From: Chiloscyllium plagiosum
Taxonomy: Eukaryota
Reading direction: 5' to 3'
DNA: 64,000 bases
Assembly (NCBI RefSeq): GCF_004010195.1
Contig: NC_057750.1
Location: 15,246,537 to 15,310,536 of the forward strand
A program made the position numbers and the translations under genes. Below the pieces are notes generated by a model that had not been told where the DNA came from, did no database searches, and saw only the letters and a list, made by a program, of their open reading frames with translations. Positions within the stretch are counted from its first letter, which is position 1, and every line of letters begins with the position of its first letter. Shown piece by piece: positions 1 through 12,115 of this stretch.

Positions 1-649
1 CGCCCCTGTCAGAGACAGCACTGGCACTAACACAGTCTCTGCTTTAGTGAGAGACAGTCTGACACAGTTTGCAGCACGATGCTTGGCAACGAATAAAAAT
101 GAAACCAAGCCTGAGGTCAGTGATTTTCCATTTCAAGGGCTGGGCAGTTTGGGAATTTCCCCTTTGTCAGAAATCGTGCAAAAGACTGGAACAAAAGGGC
201 ATTCCTGGGAGTACGGGTTCCAGATGGTATCGGCAACTGGATGTTTTTTATTGCACGTTTTTTTTTGTATTTCGCCCCGGGCTTGGTCTGTTCCACAGCT
301 GAGGAACAGGCTGTACTGTACTGCTGTAATCTGAGTCAGTGAATTGTGCAATGTCTCAAAGACAGCACTGTACACAGTGGGGTCAATTAGTTCAGTCCTG
401 CTCTCTCAGCTGATCCATTACAATGGGCCTAAGAGTCCCTAGTTACACTCAGATATAATGCTCCTGGAATACAACTCATACCTCCCAGCAGCAGCGCTGT
501 AGAAAAGAGCTGAAGGTATAACACGGGACTACACGTATCAGGTATTACATTGTGAGACAGCAGAGGGATTCCACAACCTAAGAATCAAACCAAAGTTCAG
601 TAGCCTTGTCACTTTCAGTTGTGAATGCTGCTGGATAATTAAACATCTT

Positions 650-949
650 AGCGAGTTTTGAGCAGATTTGTAGCTCAGGTTGAGGTTCTGGATCTAAGTT
701 TGCTCGCTGAGCTGGAAGGTTTATTTTCAGACGTTTCACCACCGTACTAGGTAACATCATCAGTGAGCCTCCGGTGACGCACTGGTGGTATGGGCCCGCT
801 TTTTATTTATGTATTATTATTTATGCACATAAACAAGAAGTGGGCCCTACCACCAGTGCTTCATCGGAGGTTCACTGATGGTGTTACCTAGTACGGTGGT
901 GAAACGTCTGAGAGCAAACCTTCCAGCTCAGTGAGCTACCTTCCATCCA
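650..949. mobile_element. Fold-back Penelope-like (pLTR-derived) non-autonomous insertion
   Basis: Long inverted arms (about 700-815 versus 825-937), each with a hammerhead-like core; flanked by 13-bp direct repeat AATTAAACATCTT (637-649, 950-962). Confidence 0.75.
727..766 (-). ncRNA. Minimal hammerhead ribozyme motif (Penelope type)
   Basis: tca CTGATGA T GTTACC-TAGTAC-GGTGGT GAAA CGTC tga: both conserved boxes, wobble-rich stem II, GUC cleavage triplet, 3-bp stem I. Confidence 0.6.
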
Positions 950-1039
950 AATTAAACATCTTGTCAAAAAAGGCAGCTGTCAAAGTACCCCGATCCTCAG
1001 TGCTGGGGGAGCCCAGTTCTTCAGTGCAATAAGGCTGAC

Positions 1040-2480
1040 GTCCTTACATCTACCTTCTGCATAATGTGCCGAGTAGATGACCTTTTTCTGAGGTCCCCAG
1101 TCTTCAGCCAACTCAATTCACTCCATGTGACATCAAGGAATAGTCAAAGGCACTGGATACTGCCAAGGCTATGGACCCTGTCAACATTCCAGCTATAGCC
1201 CTGAAGCTTTGTGTTCCAGAACCTGCCACACCCCTGGCCAAGCTGTTCCAGTGCAGCTGCAACAGTGGCATCTACTCAGCCTTGTAAAAAATTGCCCAGA
1301 GGTGTCCTGTACACCAAAGACAGGACAAATCCAACCTGGCCAATTACCGCCCTGACCCAGCAAGGTGTTGGAAGGGCTGTTGACAGTACTTTCAAGTGGC
1401 ATATACTTTCTGATAACCTGCTCACTCATGCTTCATTTTGGCATCACTTGGTTACTCAGCTCATAGTCTCATTACAATCTTGGCCTGAAGTTAGACAAAA
1501 GAGCTGAACTGCAGAGGTGAGGTGCAAGGAGCTGCCCCTAACATCACGGTTACATTTGGCTAAGTCTGGCATCGAAGAACTTTAGCGAAATTGAAGTCAA
1601 TAGGGGGTTCTCTTTGGAGAGTCAGTGCAGAGCCAATGGACTGACTGGTCTCTTTCTGCACTGTGGGGATTCTATAATGTTAGATTTGGAGTTAAATTCT
1701 CTATTGGGGGTTGAAGCTCCAGCTCCAAAGACAGTTGAGTTTGTTAGAGGCCAACCCCCCTACGTCATCTCTGCAGGAGTTCCTCAACGCTGTGTTCTGG
1801 GCCCAACCATCTCCAGCTGCTTCAACACTGACCGTACCCGACTGTAAGGTGAGAAGTAGACATGTCCTTTACTGATCGCACAATGTTCAACACCATTCAC
1901 ATGGCCACAGTACAACTTGGACATCACATAACCTTGGGCTGATAAACTGAAGTAACCATGTAAAAACAATGACTGCAGATGCTGGAAACCAGAGTCTAGA
2001 TTAGAGAGATGCTGGAAAAGCACAGCAGTTCAGGCAGCATCCGAGGAGCAGGAAAATCGACGTTTCGGGCAAAAGCCCTTTCACTGAAGTAACCATCAGT
2101 ACTTGTTGGCCATGAATATCTCCAACAGACAAAAGGAATAACTATCATCAAAAATCCCATCTTTAACACCCTGGAGATTCCATCAACCACAAACATAGCT
2201 ATGACAGCCACGTAATACTGTAACGCTGAGCGTAGGTCAGAGGCAGGGCACTCGGTGCTGAATAACTCACCTTTTGACTCCCCGAACCCTATCCATGACA
2301 TACTAATCAAGAAGTGTGATGCAATACTCTCTGCTAGCCTGGGTAAGTGATACTGCATTGGGGTTATTTGGGTAATTTGCTCACTTCTTAACTTTGTTTC
2401 TGGCCTATCTACTGATAGAGGATATATCATTTCAACGTATCGACTGAACAGCTTCAAGTTCCCAGACAATATTCCATAAT
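1040..2480 (+). mobile_element. Degenerate LINE (L2/CR1 group) reverse transcriptase fragment
   Basis: Residual GVPQRCVLGP motif (the GVPQGSVLGP of LINE RTs) in ORF 1614-1847; same family as 12600-13880; interrupted at 1960-2082. Confidence 0.55.
1960..2082 (-). mobile_element. Truncated Penelope-like pLTR fragment
   Basis: Same sequence as the other pLTR copies (GCTGGAAAAGCACAGC...CGACGTTTCGGGC); 14-bp TSD ACTGAAGTAACCAT (1946-1959, 2083-2096); truncated inside the ribozyme core. Confidence 0.75.
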
Positions 2481-2729
2481 AGCAACAAACATCACCACAC
2501 TTGGTCAGGCCTTGCCTACACCCACAATGCCTAACATTCGGATGTTCCACCCAGTCACAGAGAAAGGACAGTGACATAGTGCCAAGTCAGGAAAAGCATA
2601 CCTGAGAAGACTGTTCCTTCATCAGAACATTAAGCTTTAAACATGGAGTTGTGCTAAGATGCGCATGGATTTGGACAGTGACAACAGATTGAAGCATTTC
2701 AGTGAGGGAAGGGAGATTGGAGATGCAGC

Positions 2730-3087
2730 ATGGGGTGACACGGTGGTTAGCACTGTTGCCTCACAGTGCCAGGGACCCGGGTTCAATTCCACCCTCAGGC
2801 CACTGTCTGTGCAGAGCTTGCACATTCTCCCAGTGTCTGCATGGGCTTCCTTCACGTTGCTCCAGTTCCTCCTATAGTCCAAAAATGTACAGGTTAGGGT
2901 GGATTGGCCATGGGAAATTACCCCTCGTGTCCAGGGATGTGCAGGCTGGGTGGGTTAGTCATGAGGAATACAGTTACAGGGATAGGGTAGGGGGGGTGGT
3001 CTGGGTGGGAGGTGCTTGGGAGAGTTGTTGTGGTCTCAATAAGCTGAATGGCCTGCTTCTGAACTGTAGGGATTCAATCTTCTATGA
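2730..3087 (+). mobile_element. tRNA-derived SINE (HE1/V-SINE-like)
   Basis: A-box-like GGTGGTTAGCAC, B-box-like GGTTCAATTCC, central domain TGCACATTCTCCC, CR1-like 3' tail. Confidence 0.8.
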
Positions 3088-3434
3088 ATGATTTGTAAAG
3101 GATTCAAGGCTCAAGAGCTTTGAAGAAGAGGGTGATGATGACTTGCTGACAGACTCATTTACAGCATCAGCTCATGCTGGGGTCAGAAAGAGAAGCTGAG
3201 TGGTTTCAAAAGAAAAGTGACCTGGAAGAAGGGAAAAGACAGACGGAGAGAGACAGAGACATTCAACTGAACCATTTAAATCACTCTTCAGCAGCCATTA
3301 TCGTGAGCTATACGCTTCTTTCAAACAATCCTTTATTTCATGAGATGTTAGTCACGAGTAAACTGCACAAGATACCAACAAAGCGTGAGATGTAAACATG
3401 GCACTCGGTAGAAATGCTCACATTAATTGTACAT

Positions 3435-3440
3435 TTTATT
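3435..3440 (-). terminator. Candidate polyadenylation signal of MED29
   Basis: AATAAA on the minus strand about 1.35 kb after the stop, followed by GU/U-rich sequence; not verified by transcripts. Confidence 0.35.
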
Positions 3441-4780
3441 TCAAGAGAAATAAGCCCAGAATCTCTCCTTGCTGACTGCACTGAGACCAAGTTCAACTGG
3501 CTCTTATTCCAGAGGGGACTGTATCCCTCCCACAAGACCTGGGATGGAATCAGCCAGGTCTGAGTGCACCTCAATGGCAGATCAGGGGTTAACTCTGAAG
3601 CAGCCACTGCTGGATTCCTCACTTCTGCTGAATAATTTCACAGCTGGGTGGGGGGGGAATCATGTATCGATGGTTACACCAAGGGAAGTCAGGGAAAACA
3701 TGAGGTGACTGCAAATGGGTTTATGTGACCAACTGAGCCACATGGATCAGCTCCTACAATCCAGGCAAGGCACCTGGCAGTGCGGGGGTTCGACAAGACT
3801 CAGTACTGCATAATCTATACCCTTGTTCCCTTCAGTTTTAAAAGATTGAGTGGGTGATTTAACCAAGGGCTTTGCAATCATAAAATCATTTTGGAGGGTC
3901 AGTTAATTCCTCTGGTTAGAGGGTACCACAACAAGGGTTTAAATGTTATAAATTAGAGGGATGCCCCTCTGGGGCAAAGTTAGGAAACTTTTCAGGACAT
4001 GGATATCCGGAACTCAATCCTCCGCAGGACTTTGGATGCTGGGGATCAACTAAAACAGTCCAGCTTGAGTTTGGAATTTTTTTGTCAAGATAAAGGAAGG
4101 TTGTAGATTAAAGGAGTCAAGGTACCAATTAGTTTCAAATTGAATGATGGAACAGAGCAGAGGGGTTGAATGGCCTGTGCCATCCTGCCATCTTTCAGGA
4201 ATGGATTAAATTACAGTTGAACTGAATTTCAGTGTCAGCTCCAATCCTCTTTCCCTGCCCCCGCAGTCCGACACACGGAGCTCAAAGTGCAAGTCTTTGT
4301 TATAATTCTTCAGGAATTGTGCATTTCTGTTTCAGAACATGCTGCTAAACATAGTTAGGGGGACAAGCTGAATATGTACAAAGGCAATGAATGCTGCACA
4401 ATCATAGACTAGACGGAATGCAGGTGACAGAATGGCTGCTTATTGTAAACACTCTCTTAGCTCCACATTTACACCGTACCACCCCCAGCCATACTTCAAC
4501 AAACAGGAATAGAGTGTGTCGGTCACAAATTAAAAGGGTGGAGGAACTGAGGGAATGTGCACACTGAATTGTCCAGACGTTACACGCCCCCCCCCCACTC
4601 CCTGCCCCCCCTACTCCTCCCCCCCCCACTTCCCCACTCCCCGCTCCCGCTCCCCACTCCCCGCCCCCATAATGACCTTGTCTGAAAGCACCAGGAGACA
4701 CGAGACCTTGTGGCAGTTCGAGCTCCGATCCTGGAATCACACATCTCAGGATAAACACCTGAACAGGAACGCAGAGCCGT

Positions 4781-4996
4781 TCAGATTTGGCCCTTGCTGG
4801 CTATCCGCTTCGAGCACTCCAGCAGGGCGTTGTGAATGTCCTTGGCACAGGAGATCTGCGATTTGATCATGCTGAGGTACTGAGTGTACGACTGGCTCTC
4901 TGTCTGCACCGTGTCCGGCTTGGTTGCTGTGGGAACCAAGTTAGGAGAGTGTTTGGAACTGTCAATGCTCTGGGAAAGGCATTCGAAGGCCAGTCT
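4781..4996 (-). CDS. MED29: MED29 coding exon 4 (terminal)
   Basis: ttttacag|AGA CTG GCC...; RLAFECLSQSIDSSKHSPNLVPTATKPD...QYLSMIKSQISCAKDIHNALLEC...stop TGA; the four exons sum to 600 nt (199 aa + stop). Confidence 0.95.
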   Translation of the reverse strand, partial: RLAFECLSQSIDSSKHSPNLVPTATKPDTVQTESQSYTQYLSMIKSQISCAKDIHNALLECSKRIASKGQI

Positions 4997-5372
4997 CTGT
5001 AAAATAAGAAGAAAAGTCACCAGCAAAAGGAAGAGAGATCCAGGTCAGACAATCCACTTCTTGAGCTAATCCATGTGAAGGGCAAAGCAGCTTTTGCCAG
5101 CCCCTGGCCACAGAGCACACTACTGGACACTGGAAAAGGCCAGTGGGATGTCTGGCTGATTCTAGACCACAATGACCAGGTGTGAGCTTTAGCTCAGTGC
5201 AAACTATTCACCTCCTCTGAACCACAAGGTCCAGGGTAGACATTACACTCCAGCAACTTCAATATAAAACACAGGAACGACCATTCACAGAGAATCAGCA
5301 CCGAGGAAGCACAGCCAGAAGGTCAGAACAGCAGGAGTGCTGCACTGCCTGAGGGTCACAACTCACGGAATG

Positions 5373-5810
5373 TCACACTATCACTGAGTCAGTACTGAGG
5401 GAAGGCCACACTGTCAGGGAGTCAGTACTGAGGGAATGCCATACAGTCAGGGAGTCAGTACTGAGGGAATGCCACACTATCAGGGAGTCAGTACTGCGGG
5501 AAGGCAACACTGTCAGGGAATCAGTACTGAGGGAATGCCACACTGTCGGGGAGTCAGTACTGAGGGAATGCCATACTGTCAGGGAGTCAGTAATGCGGGA
5601 ATGCCACACTGTCATGGAGTCAGTACTGAGGGAAGGCTACACTGTCAGGGAGTTAGTACTGAGGGAATGCCACACTGTCAGGGAGTCAGTACTGCGGGAA
5701 GGCCACACTGTCAGGGATTCAGTACTGAGGGAATGCCACACTGTCAGGGAGTCGGTACTGAGGGAATGCCACACTGTCGGGGAGTCAGTATTGAGGGACC
5801 TGCACACAGT
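5373..5810. repeat. 33-bp minisatellite, about 13 copies, MED29 intron 3
   Basis: Unit CACACTGTCAGGGAGTCAGTACTGAGGGAATGC; yields 11-aa periodic spurious ORFs. Confidence 0.95.
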
Positions 5811-5819
5811 CAGAGATGA

Positions 5820-6540
5820 AATGCGAAGTGCTGGAAAAGCACAGGTCAGGCAGCATCTGAGGAGCAGGAAAGGCGATGTTTCGGGCATAAGCCCTTCATC
5901 AGGAATGGCGCCGAGTGTCTTAGATATAAATGGGAGGAGGATGGAAACGGGGTTGGGGAAGGTAGCTTGGAAGGCAATAGGTAGATGCAGGTGGGGTGAT
6001 GGTGATAGGTCAGAGCGCAGGGTGGAGCGGATAGGTGGGAAAGAAGATGGACAGGTAGGACAGTTCAAAAGGGCAGTGCAAAGTTGGAGGGTTGAATCTG
6101 GGATGAAGTGGGGGGAGAGGGAGATGGGTAAACTGGTGAAGTCAATGTGGATATCGTATGGTTGGAGCGTCCCAAGGCAGAAGATAAGGTGTTCTTCCTC
6201 CAGGCGTCGGGTGGCAAGGATTTGGCAGTGGAGGCAGCCCAGCACTTGCATGCCTTAGCGAAGTGGGAGGAGGTGGTGGGCACCAGGAGGCACCAGTGTC
6301 CTGGAGATGTTCTCTGAAATGCTCCGCGAGTTGGCATCCTGTCTCCCCATTGTAGAGGAGCCCACATTGAGAGCAACGGATACTATAAATGAGGTGTTTG
6401 GATGTGCAGGAAAATCTCTGCTGGATGTGAAAGGATCCTTTGGGGCCCTGGATGGAGGGGAGGGTAGAGGTGTGGGCGCAGATTTTACACCTCTTGCGGT
6501 GGCTAGGGAAGGTGGAGGGAGTGGAGGGTGGGGTGGAGGG
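5820..6540 (-). mobile_element. Penelope-like element 3' part (GIY-YIG endonuclease remnant plus pLTR)
   Basis: CKIC...LIYSIRCSQCGLLYNGETG...HFREH in ORF 6142-6678 and EEEHLIFCLGTLQP in ORF 5637-6251; hammerhead motif at the 3' end. Confidence 0.85.
5872..5906 (-). ncRNA. Minimal hammerhead ribozyme motif
   Basis: attc CTGATGA A GGGC-TTAT-GCCC GAAA CATC g: intact core boxes, 4-bp stem II, weak stem I. Confidence 0.55.
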
Positions 6541-6727
6541 AGGCGAGGTCAATTGGCTGAATTGGTCCGCACTGTCAACAATGTCATCCAATACCTGAGA
6601 GTGTGCGGTGTTGGTGGAGGGAGCAGGTTTCCTCTTTTTGAAGACACTGTGTTGCTTCCATTTCAGCTGGTGGCTCAACGTCCTATGGCACTACTCCAAG
6701 TTGCTGGGAATTCTCACAATTCTCTTC

Positions 6728-7270
6728 ACGGAGTCATACAGCACGGAAACAGACCCTTCGGTCCAACCAGTCCATGCCGAACATAATCCCAAACTAAACT
6801 AGTCCCTCCTGCCTGCGCTTGACCCATATCCCTCCAAACATTTCTTATTCATGTCCTTATCCAAATGTCTTTTAAACATTGTAATTGTACCCGCATCCAT
6901 CACTTCCTCTGGAAGTTCGCTCCACACATGAACCACTCTCCGTGTAGAAAAATTGTCCCTCACATCTTTTTTCAAATCTTTCTCCTCTCACCTTAAAAAT
7001 ATGCCTCTAATCTTGAAATCCTCCATCCTAGGGAAAAGACACCTGTCATCCACCTTATCTATACCCCTCATGATTTTATAAACCTCTATCAGGTCACCCC
7101 TCAACTTCCTACGCTCCAGGGAATAAAGTCCACCCTCTTCTTATAACTCAAACTCTCCATTCCCGGCAACATCCTGGTAAATCTCTTTGGAACCCTCTCC
7201 AGCTTAATCATATCCTTCTAAACACAGGGTGACCAGAGCTGGACTCAGTACTCCAGAACAGCACTCAACG
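6728..7270 (-). mobile_element. CR1/HER1-type LINE 3' fragment
   Basis: Typical tail GAGTCATACAGCACGGAAACAGACCCTTCGG shared with other copies in the window. Confidence 0.75.
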
Positions 7271-7666
7271 TCTTCTTGTCAATAAATCTCTTTTCACACT
7301 GCAAGACCAGTCCATTAATATCTTCCTGCAGTCTACAAATTTCTTCCCAATTCTCAAGCAGCCAATTAATTTTCATACAATCTCCAAATAGCTTAATCAT
7401 GGCACAGACATTTAATTCACTGATAAAAGGACCTTTCAGTAACTAAATCACCAGTCATACAATACTCCTCGCTTCCTGCCATGGAACTAACATTGGATCT
7501 AAAGTGACTTGGTAAGAGAGTAAATACTTGTCACGTCACCATAACAGGGTCATAATCCTGGAATTCCCTCTCTAACAGTACTGTGGATCTCCCTACACCA
7601 AATGGACTGCAGCGACTCAAGGAAGCGGCTCACCAGCCAGTGACACCTACATCCCACATCCCATTG

Positions 7667-7995
7667 GGCAACACGGTGGCTCAGTGGTTAGCACTGCTGC
7701 CTCACAGCACCAGGGACCCAGGTTCGATTCTAACCTCGGGCGACTGTCTGAGTGGAGTTTGCACATTCTCCCAGTGGCTGAGTGGGCTCCCTCCCGGTGC
7801 TCCGGTTTCCTCCCACAATCTAAAGATGTGCAGGTCAGGTGAATTGGCCATGCTAAATTGCCCATAGCGTTAGGTGCATCAGTCAGGAGTAAATATAGGG
7901 TAGGGGAATGTGCCTGGGTGGGTTACTTTTCGGAGGGGCAGTGTGGGCTTGTTGGGCCGAAGGGCCTGTTTCCATACTGCAGAGAATTTAATCTA
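7667..7995 (+). mobile_element. tRNA-derived SINE (HE1/V-SINE-like)
   Basis: GGTGGCTCAGTGGTTAGCACTGC head, GGTTCGATTC B box, conserved central domain. Confidence 0.85.
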
Positions 7996-8251
7996 ATCCC
8001 CCTGTGTCAGACTGACATTGTACCTGAATCTACAGCACTCACTCTGCAAAGATAACGCTATCGCTTCTTATAACTGGAATTCCCAGCTTGAGTAACCAAT
8101 AGTTGGACTGACATCACAAACTCAGGCAGGAAAGCAGCTTAAGGTATGAAAGGTACACTGAGGTGGTAAAAATGAGCCCTAAATAATGAGGCAGATTAGG
8201 CAGAATAAAGACCACCCGGACAAAACCACACTTAAATCCAGTCATACTCAC

Positions 8252-8336
8252 CAGGCACAACTCTACTTGGTCACAAAGAGCATAAAACTCTTCCAAACTC
8301 TTATCAAACCGTTGCAGGGCTGTGTCACTGCTCTTC
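8252..8336 (-). CDS. MED29: MED29 coding exon 3
   Basis: ccctttag|G AAG AGC...TGC CTG|gtgagt; KSSDTALQRFDKSLEEFYALCDQVELCL; 85 nt, completes the split Gln codon from exon 2. Confidence 0.95.
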
Positions 8337-9215
8337 CTAAAGGGTAAAAAATAATGACAGTTAATTAATTGAATTGATTCCAACTAACTGTCTCTCTATT
8401 CTGCGCCAGTGGAACGTGTTAACAAGGAACTCCAGCCTCTGTACATTCCCCCTGTAGCCAGCTGGTGGCAGTATTTCTCCATTCAGAATCTACAAAATGC
8501 CAGGGTTCCTCACAGACCCTCAGTTCTAAGAAGGGTCTGTTCCCCAGCTGTACATCTCTACGACTATGATTCTATAATCTAAAGGGGGACAATTTTCCAA
8601 GCATGGTGCCTCACAGCATCACACACTTGCCTGAAAGGGCCTGACAGGACAATGCACATAGGGAGATTTACTCAGCTTTTAACAGACTTGCATGGCTAGA
8701 TAGAGTTTTAAGTGCTAAGGGATTTATGGTTATGATGAGGTGGGGTGTTGCTGCAGAGAGCAAGGAGGGATTACAGTTTCAATCAGATCAGCCCTTGATT
8801 AAATCCACAAAGCCTGGTGTTACTGGGTGGAAAGTCAGTGCCGCAGAAGCAAACTGGAATTAAGCACCAGGAGATGACAAACTCTGAATTGTCCACTGTT
8901 TCTGATTTTCTCTGGATGAGTTACTAACACCTCGTAGAGGTTACACAGAGCATAGTGCTGGGCGTTGGGATGATATTCCATAATTTAACCTTTCCACCTA
9001 CCTTCATCTTGCAATTAACCCCTTTCTGTCCTCACTGACATTTTCCAGATTACTGGTTTCACAGAAGCCCCTACCTTATCCATGGAACACAGGAATAGGA
9101 GTAGGCCATTCAGCCCCTCAAATCTGTTCCACCATTCAATGAGATGATGGTTGAGCTGTGGCCTAACTGTTTAGTTAGTCTTTGGCACATATTCCAGAAT
9201 ATCTTTGCTGAGGAT

Positions 9216-9650
9216 GTTCCTGATGAACTGTGTATGCCTGAAACGTTGATTCTCCTGCTCCTCGGATGCTGCCTGACCTGCTGTGCTTTTCCAGCACCAC
9301 ACTCTTGACTAACAAACATTTATCCCAGTTTTAAAATTAACATTAAAATTAACTGATCCGGCAGTTTCATAAGAGGCCACATTAAAGGTAACTTCACAAA
9401 ATAAAAACTGAAAGAACTGCAGATGCTGTAAATCAGAAACAAAAACAGAAGTTGCTGGAAAAGCTCAGCGGGTCTTACAGCATCTGTGCCGAGAAATCAG
9501 AGTTAATGTTTTGGGTCAGGTGACCCTTCCTCAGAACACTGAGAACAGTGAGGACCCAGAGGTCCTGAAGAAGGGTCAATGGAGCCTTTGGTTTCTTTTC
9601 ACAGTTTCTGTCAGACCTGCTGAGCTTTTCCAGCAACTTCTGTTTTTGTT
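9216..9650. mobile_element. Penelope-like pLTR fragments, including an inverted pair at about 9435-9650
   Basis: CTGATGA...GAAACGTT at 9220-9247; inverted arms AACAAAAACAGAAGTTGCTGGAAAAGCTCAGC / GCTGAGCTTTTCCAGCAACTTCTGTTTTTGTT with decayed ribozyme cores. Confidence 0.65.
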
Positions 9651-9654
9651 CACA

Positions 9655-10990
9655 AAGTAAGAGTTCATGCAGTAGGAAGTGTAATGTGTTAGTGTGGATA
9701 GAGGATCCGTTAGCTGACGGGAGGGGCAGAAAATCAAGATAAACATTTCACTTTTAGATAGGCAAGCTGTAACTGAATGCCACAGGGATCAATGCTGGGT
9801 CTCAACTATTTACAATCTAGAGGAATAACTTCGATGAAGGGATCAAGTATGAAATTGTTACATTTGCTGACATTGCAAAATATTAGCAGAAGGTTTAAGT
9901 TTTCAAGAGGATACAGGAAGGCTGCAAAGGGATATAGTTAACAGATTAAGCGAGTGGGCAAAAATGTGGCATGTGGAGTTAAAAAGTAGGAAATGTGAAC
10001 TCGCCCACTTTGACAAGAAGAATAGAAAAGGAGTATATCACAGGTTTAGGGTGAGAGGGGAAAGATATAAAAGAGGCCTAAGGGGCAACTTTTTCACACA
10101 GAGGGTGGTACATCTATGGAATGAGCTGCCAGAGGAGGTGGTGGAGGCTGGGTACAATTGCAACATTTAAGAGGCATTTGGATGGGTATATGAATAGGAA
10201 GGGTTTGGAGGGATATGGGACAAGTGCTGGTAAGTGGGAATAGATTGGGTTGGGATATCTGGTCAGCATGGACGGGTTGGACCGAAGGGTCTGTTTCCGT
10301 GCTGTCTCTATGACACTATGACTCTATGAGAGAGAGATTGCTGAACTCAGCAGTACAGGGGAAGCTGGTGTCTTGGTTCATGGATCACAAAAAGTTAGAC
10401 TGCAGGTACAGAAGGTTATTAAGAACGCAATTGAAATGGTGTTGCTTATCACAAAGGGAATGGAATACAAAAATAGGTACAGGGTATTGGTGAGCTCACA
10501 CCTGGACTACTGTTTACAATTTTGGTTTCTGACTGACAAAGTGATGTAACTGTATCAGAAGCAATTCAGAAAAAAGGTTCACTCGGCTGATTCTAGGATG
10601 AATGAGGAGGGATTTTGAATGTTGGGCTGATGGTGCACAGAAGTTCAGGAGAGCAAGAGGTGATCTTATTGCAACATTTAAGATCCTGAGGGGGCTTGAT
10701 AAACTGAATGCTCTGAGGACATTTCCCCTTGCAGAGAAGAGACTAGAACGAAGGGACACAGATTAAAAACAAAGGATCTTTTGCTTAAAACAGAGATGAG
10801 GGAAATTTTTTTCTGTCTCTCGAGGGTTGTTAAGTCTGTGGAATTCTCATCCCAGTGAGCTGGCCACTGAATAAAATGACCAGCAGGTTTTTGACTGACC
10901 AGAGAGGTTTCAGAATACAGGTAGGTAGACAGGAAGGTGGTGTTGAGGTTCAAACCAGATATAATAGGATCTTATTGAATAGTGATCAAG
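9655..10990 (+). mobile_element. Degenerate CR1 LINE with a younger CR1 3' end inserted at about 10038-10328
   Basis: RT C-terminal remnants; the inner piece ends in the CTATGACACTATGACTCTATGA tail. Confidence 0.7.
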
Positions 10991-11483
10991 ATTGAGGAGC
11001 TGAATGCTTTAGCAGGTATTGTCTATTTGTGTATCTCTAAAGGACATTGAGATTGAGGATTGAACTAATTGGCTCTGCTGTCACAGGGTGTAAAGACTTG
11101 GCCCTATCACCAGCACTGAGGACTTGACAGTAACAACACGGCAGCCCGCTCTCCTTCTGACCCCGATGGGTCAGAATATCAGAACAGGAGGCAGCCATTC
11201 AGCCCTTTGCCTTCCATTTAGATGATGGCTGTTGCAGTCAGTACAAACTCATCCCCAGTGCGCCACCTGCTGGAACTATTGTTGTAGTGCTCATACATTG
11301 ACAGCAACGCACCCAGCCATCTCATGTCAGTCAATGCAACCTCAAAAAGGCAGCTTCTGGACCACACATCCATCTTAACAAGCTCAAAGGCAACTCAGAA
11401 CAGAGCTCATGCAGTTAAGATGCTTCACCTTAATAAGTGGAGAACACCCCTGTCTTTATATGCATACAGAAAAGGATACTCAC

Positions 11484-11542
11484 TGTCCATTGTCAATGGT
11501 TGTGTTTTGAGACAAGTTCAGGGCTGCAATCCTCATGAGATT
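11484..11542 (-). CDS. MED29: MED29 coding exon 2
   Basis: tttccag|AAT CTC ATG AGG...GGA CA|gtgagt; encodes NLMRIAALNLSQNTTIDNG(Q), like human TLMKVAAQNLIQNTNIDNGQ; 59 nt; not in the ORF track. Confidence 0.93.
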
Positions 11543-12115
11543 CTGGAAAGTAGACACAAAGTTCACTGTGAGATGGATCGATCCAATCATGCTACATGCA
11601 CAAAATCTCTCTGTCCCATACAAACACTCGCAACGCGGATCTCTCTCTCACTTACCAAGTCTCTTTCTCATTCACAGACACACACAAACAAACATATAGC
11701 CTTTCACATATCTTGACAAACCGCAGTTAATGGGGAATGAATCGTAAAATATCTATTGCCCCTCAGGCTGAAACATCCAAAAAAGGTGGTCCTGCCTCTA
11801 ACACGGGTTACAATCACTTCCAACTCAGGTTAAGGGTCTAAACTACACTTTGCGCTGCAGTGAAATTTATAGAGATGCAGAGAACTTACAGCTACAATTT
11901 GCAGTGACAATGCTGTCCACAGAACTCACTGAAACAACAACATCATCATCTTTAATGGCCACTACCACCATCCCTAACACCCTGAGCTTGGTCAGATGCA
12001 GACTTTTAAGGCGAGGATTTGTTTTTATTGGGAACTTACTTTCAACATGAAGTCATCAGAGAACTCGACAAAGTATATAGGGGACAACAGGAAAGTGGAT
12101 TAGTAACTCCGATGG

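Noticed and set aside
5373..6258. ORFs of 80-221 aa with periodic sequence
   Set aside because: Products of the 33-bp minisatellite and adjacent Penelope remnant, open in several frames.
7667..7740. tRNA-like A and B boxes (also near 2735, 37680, 56530-56600)
   Set aside because: They are SINE heads followed by SINE body and tail, not tRNA genes.
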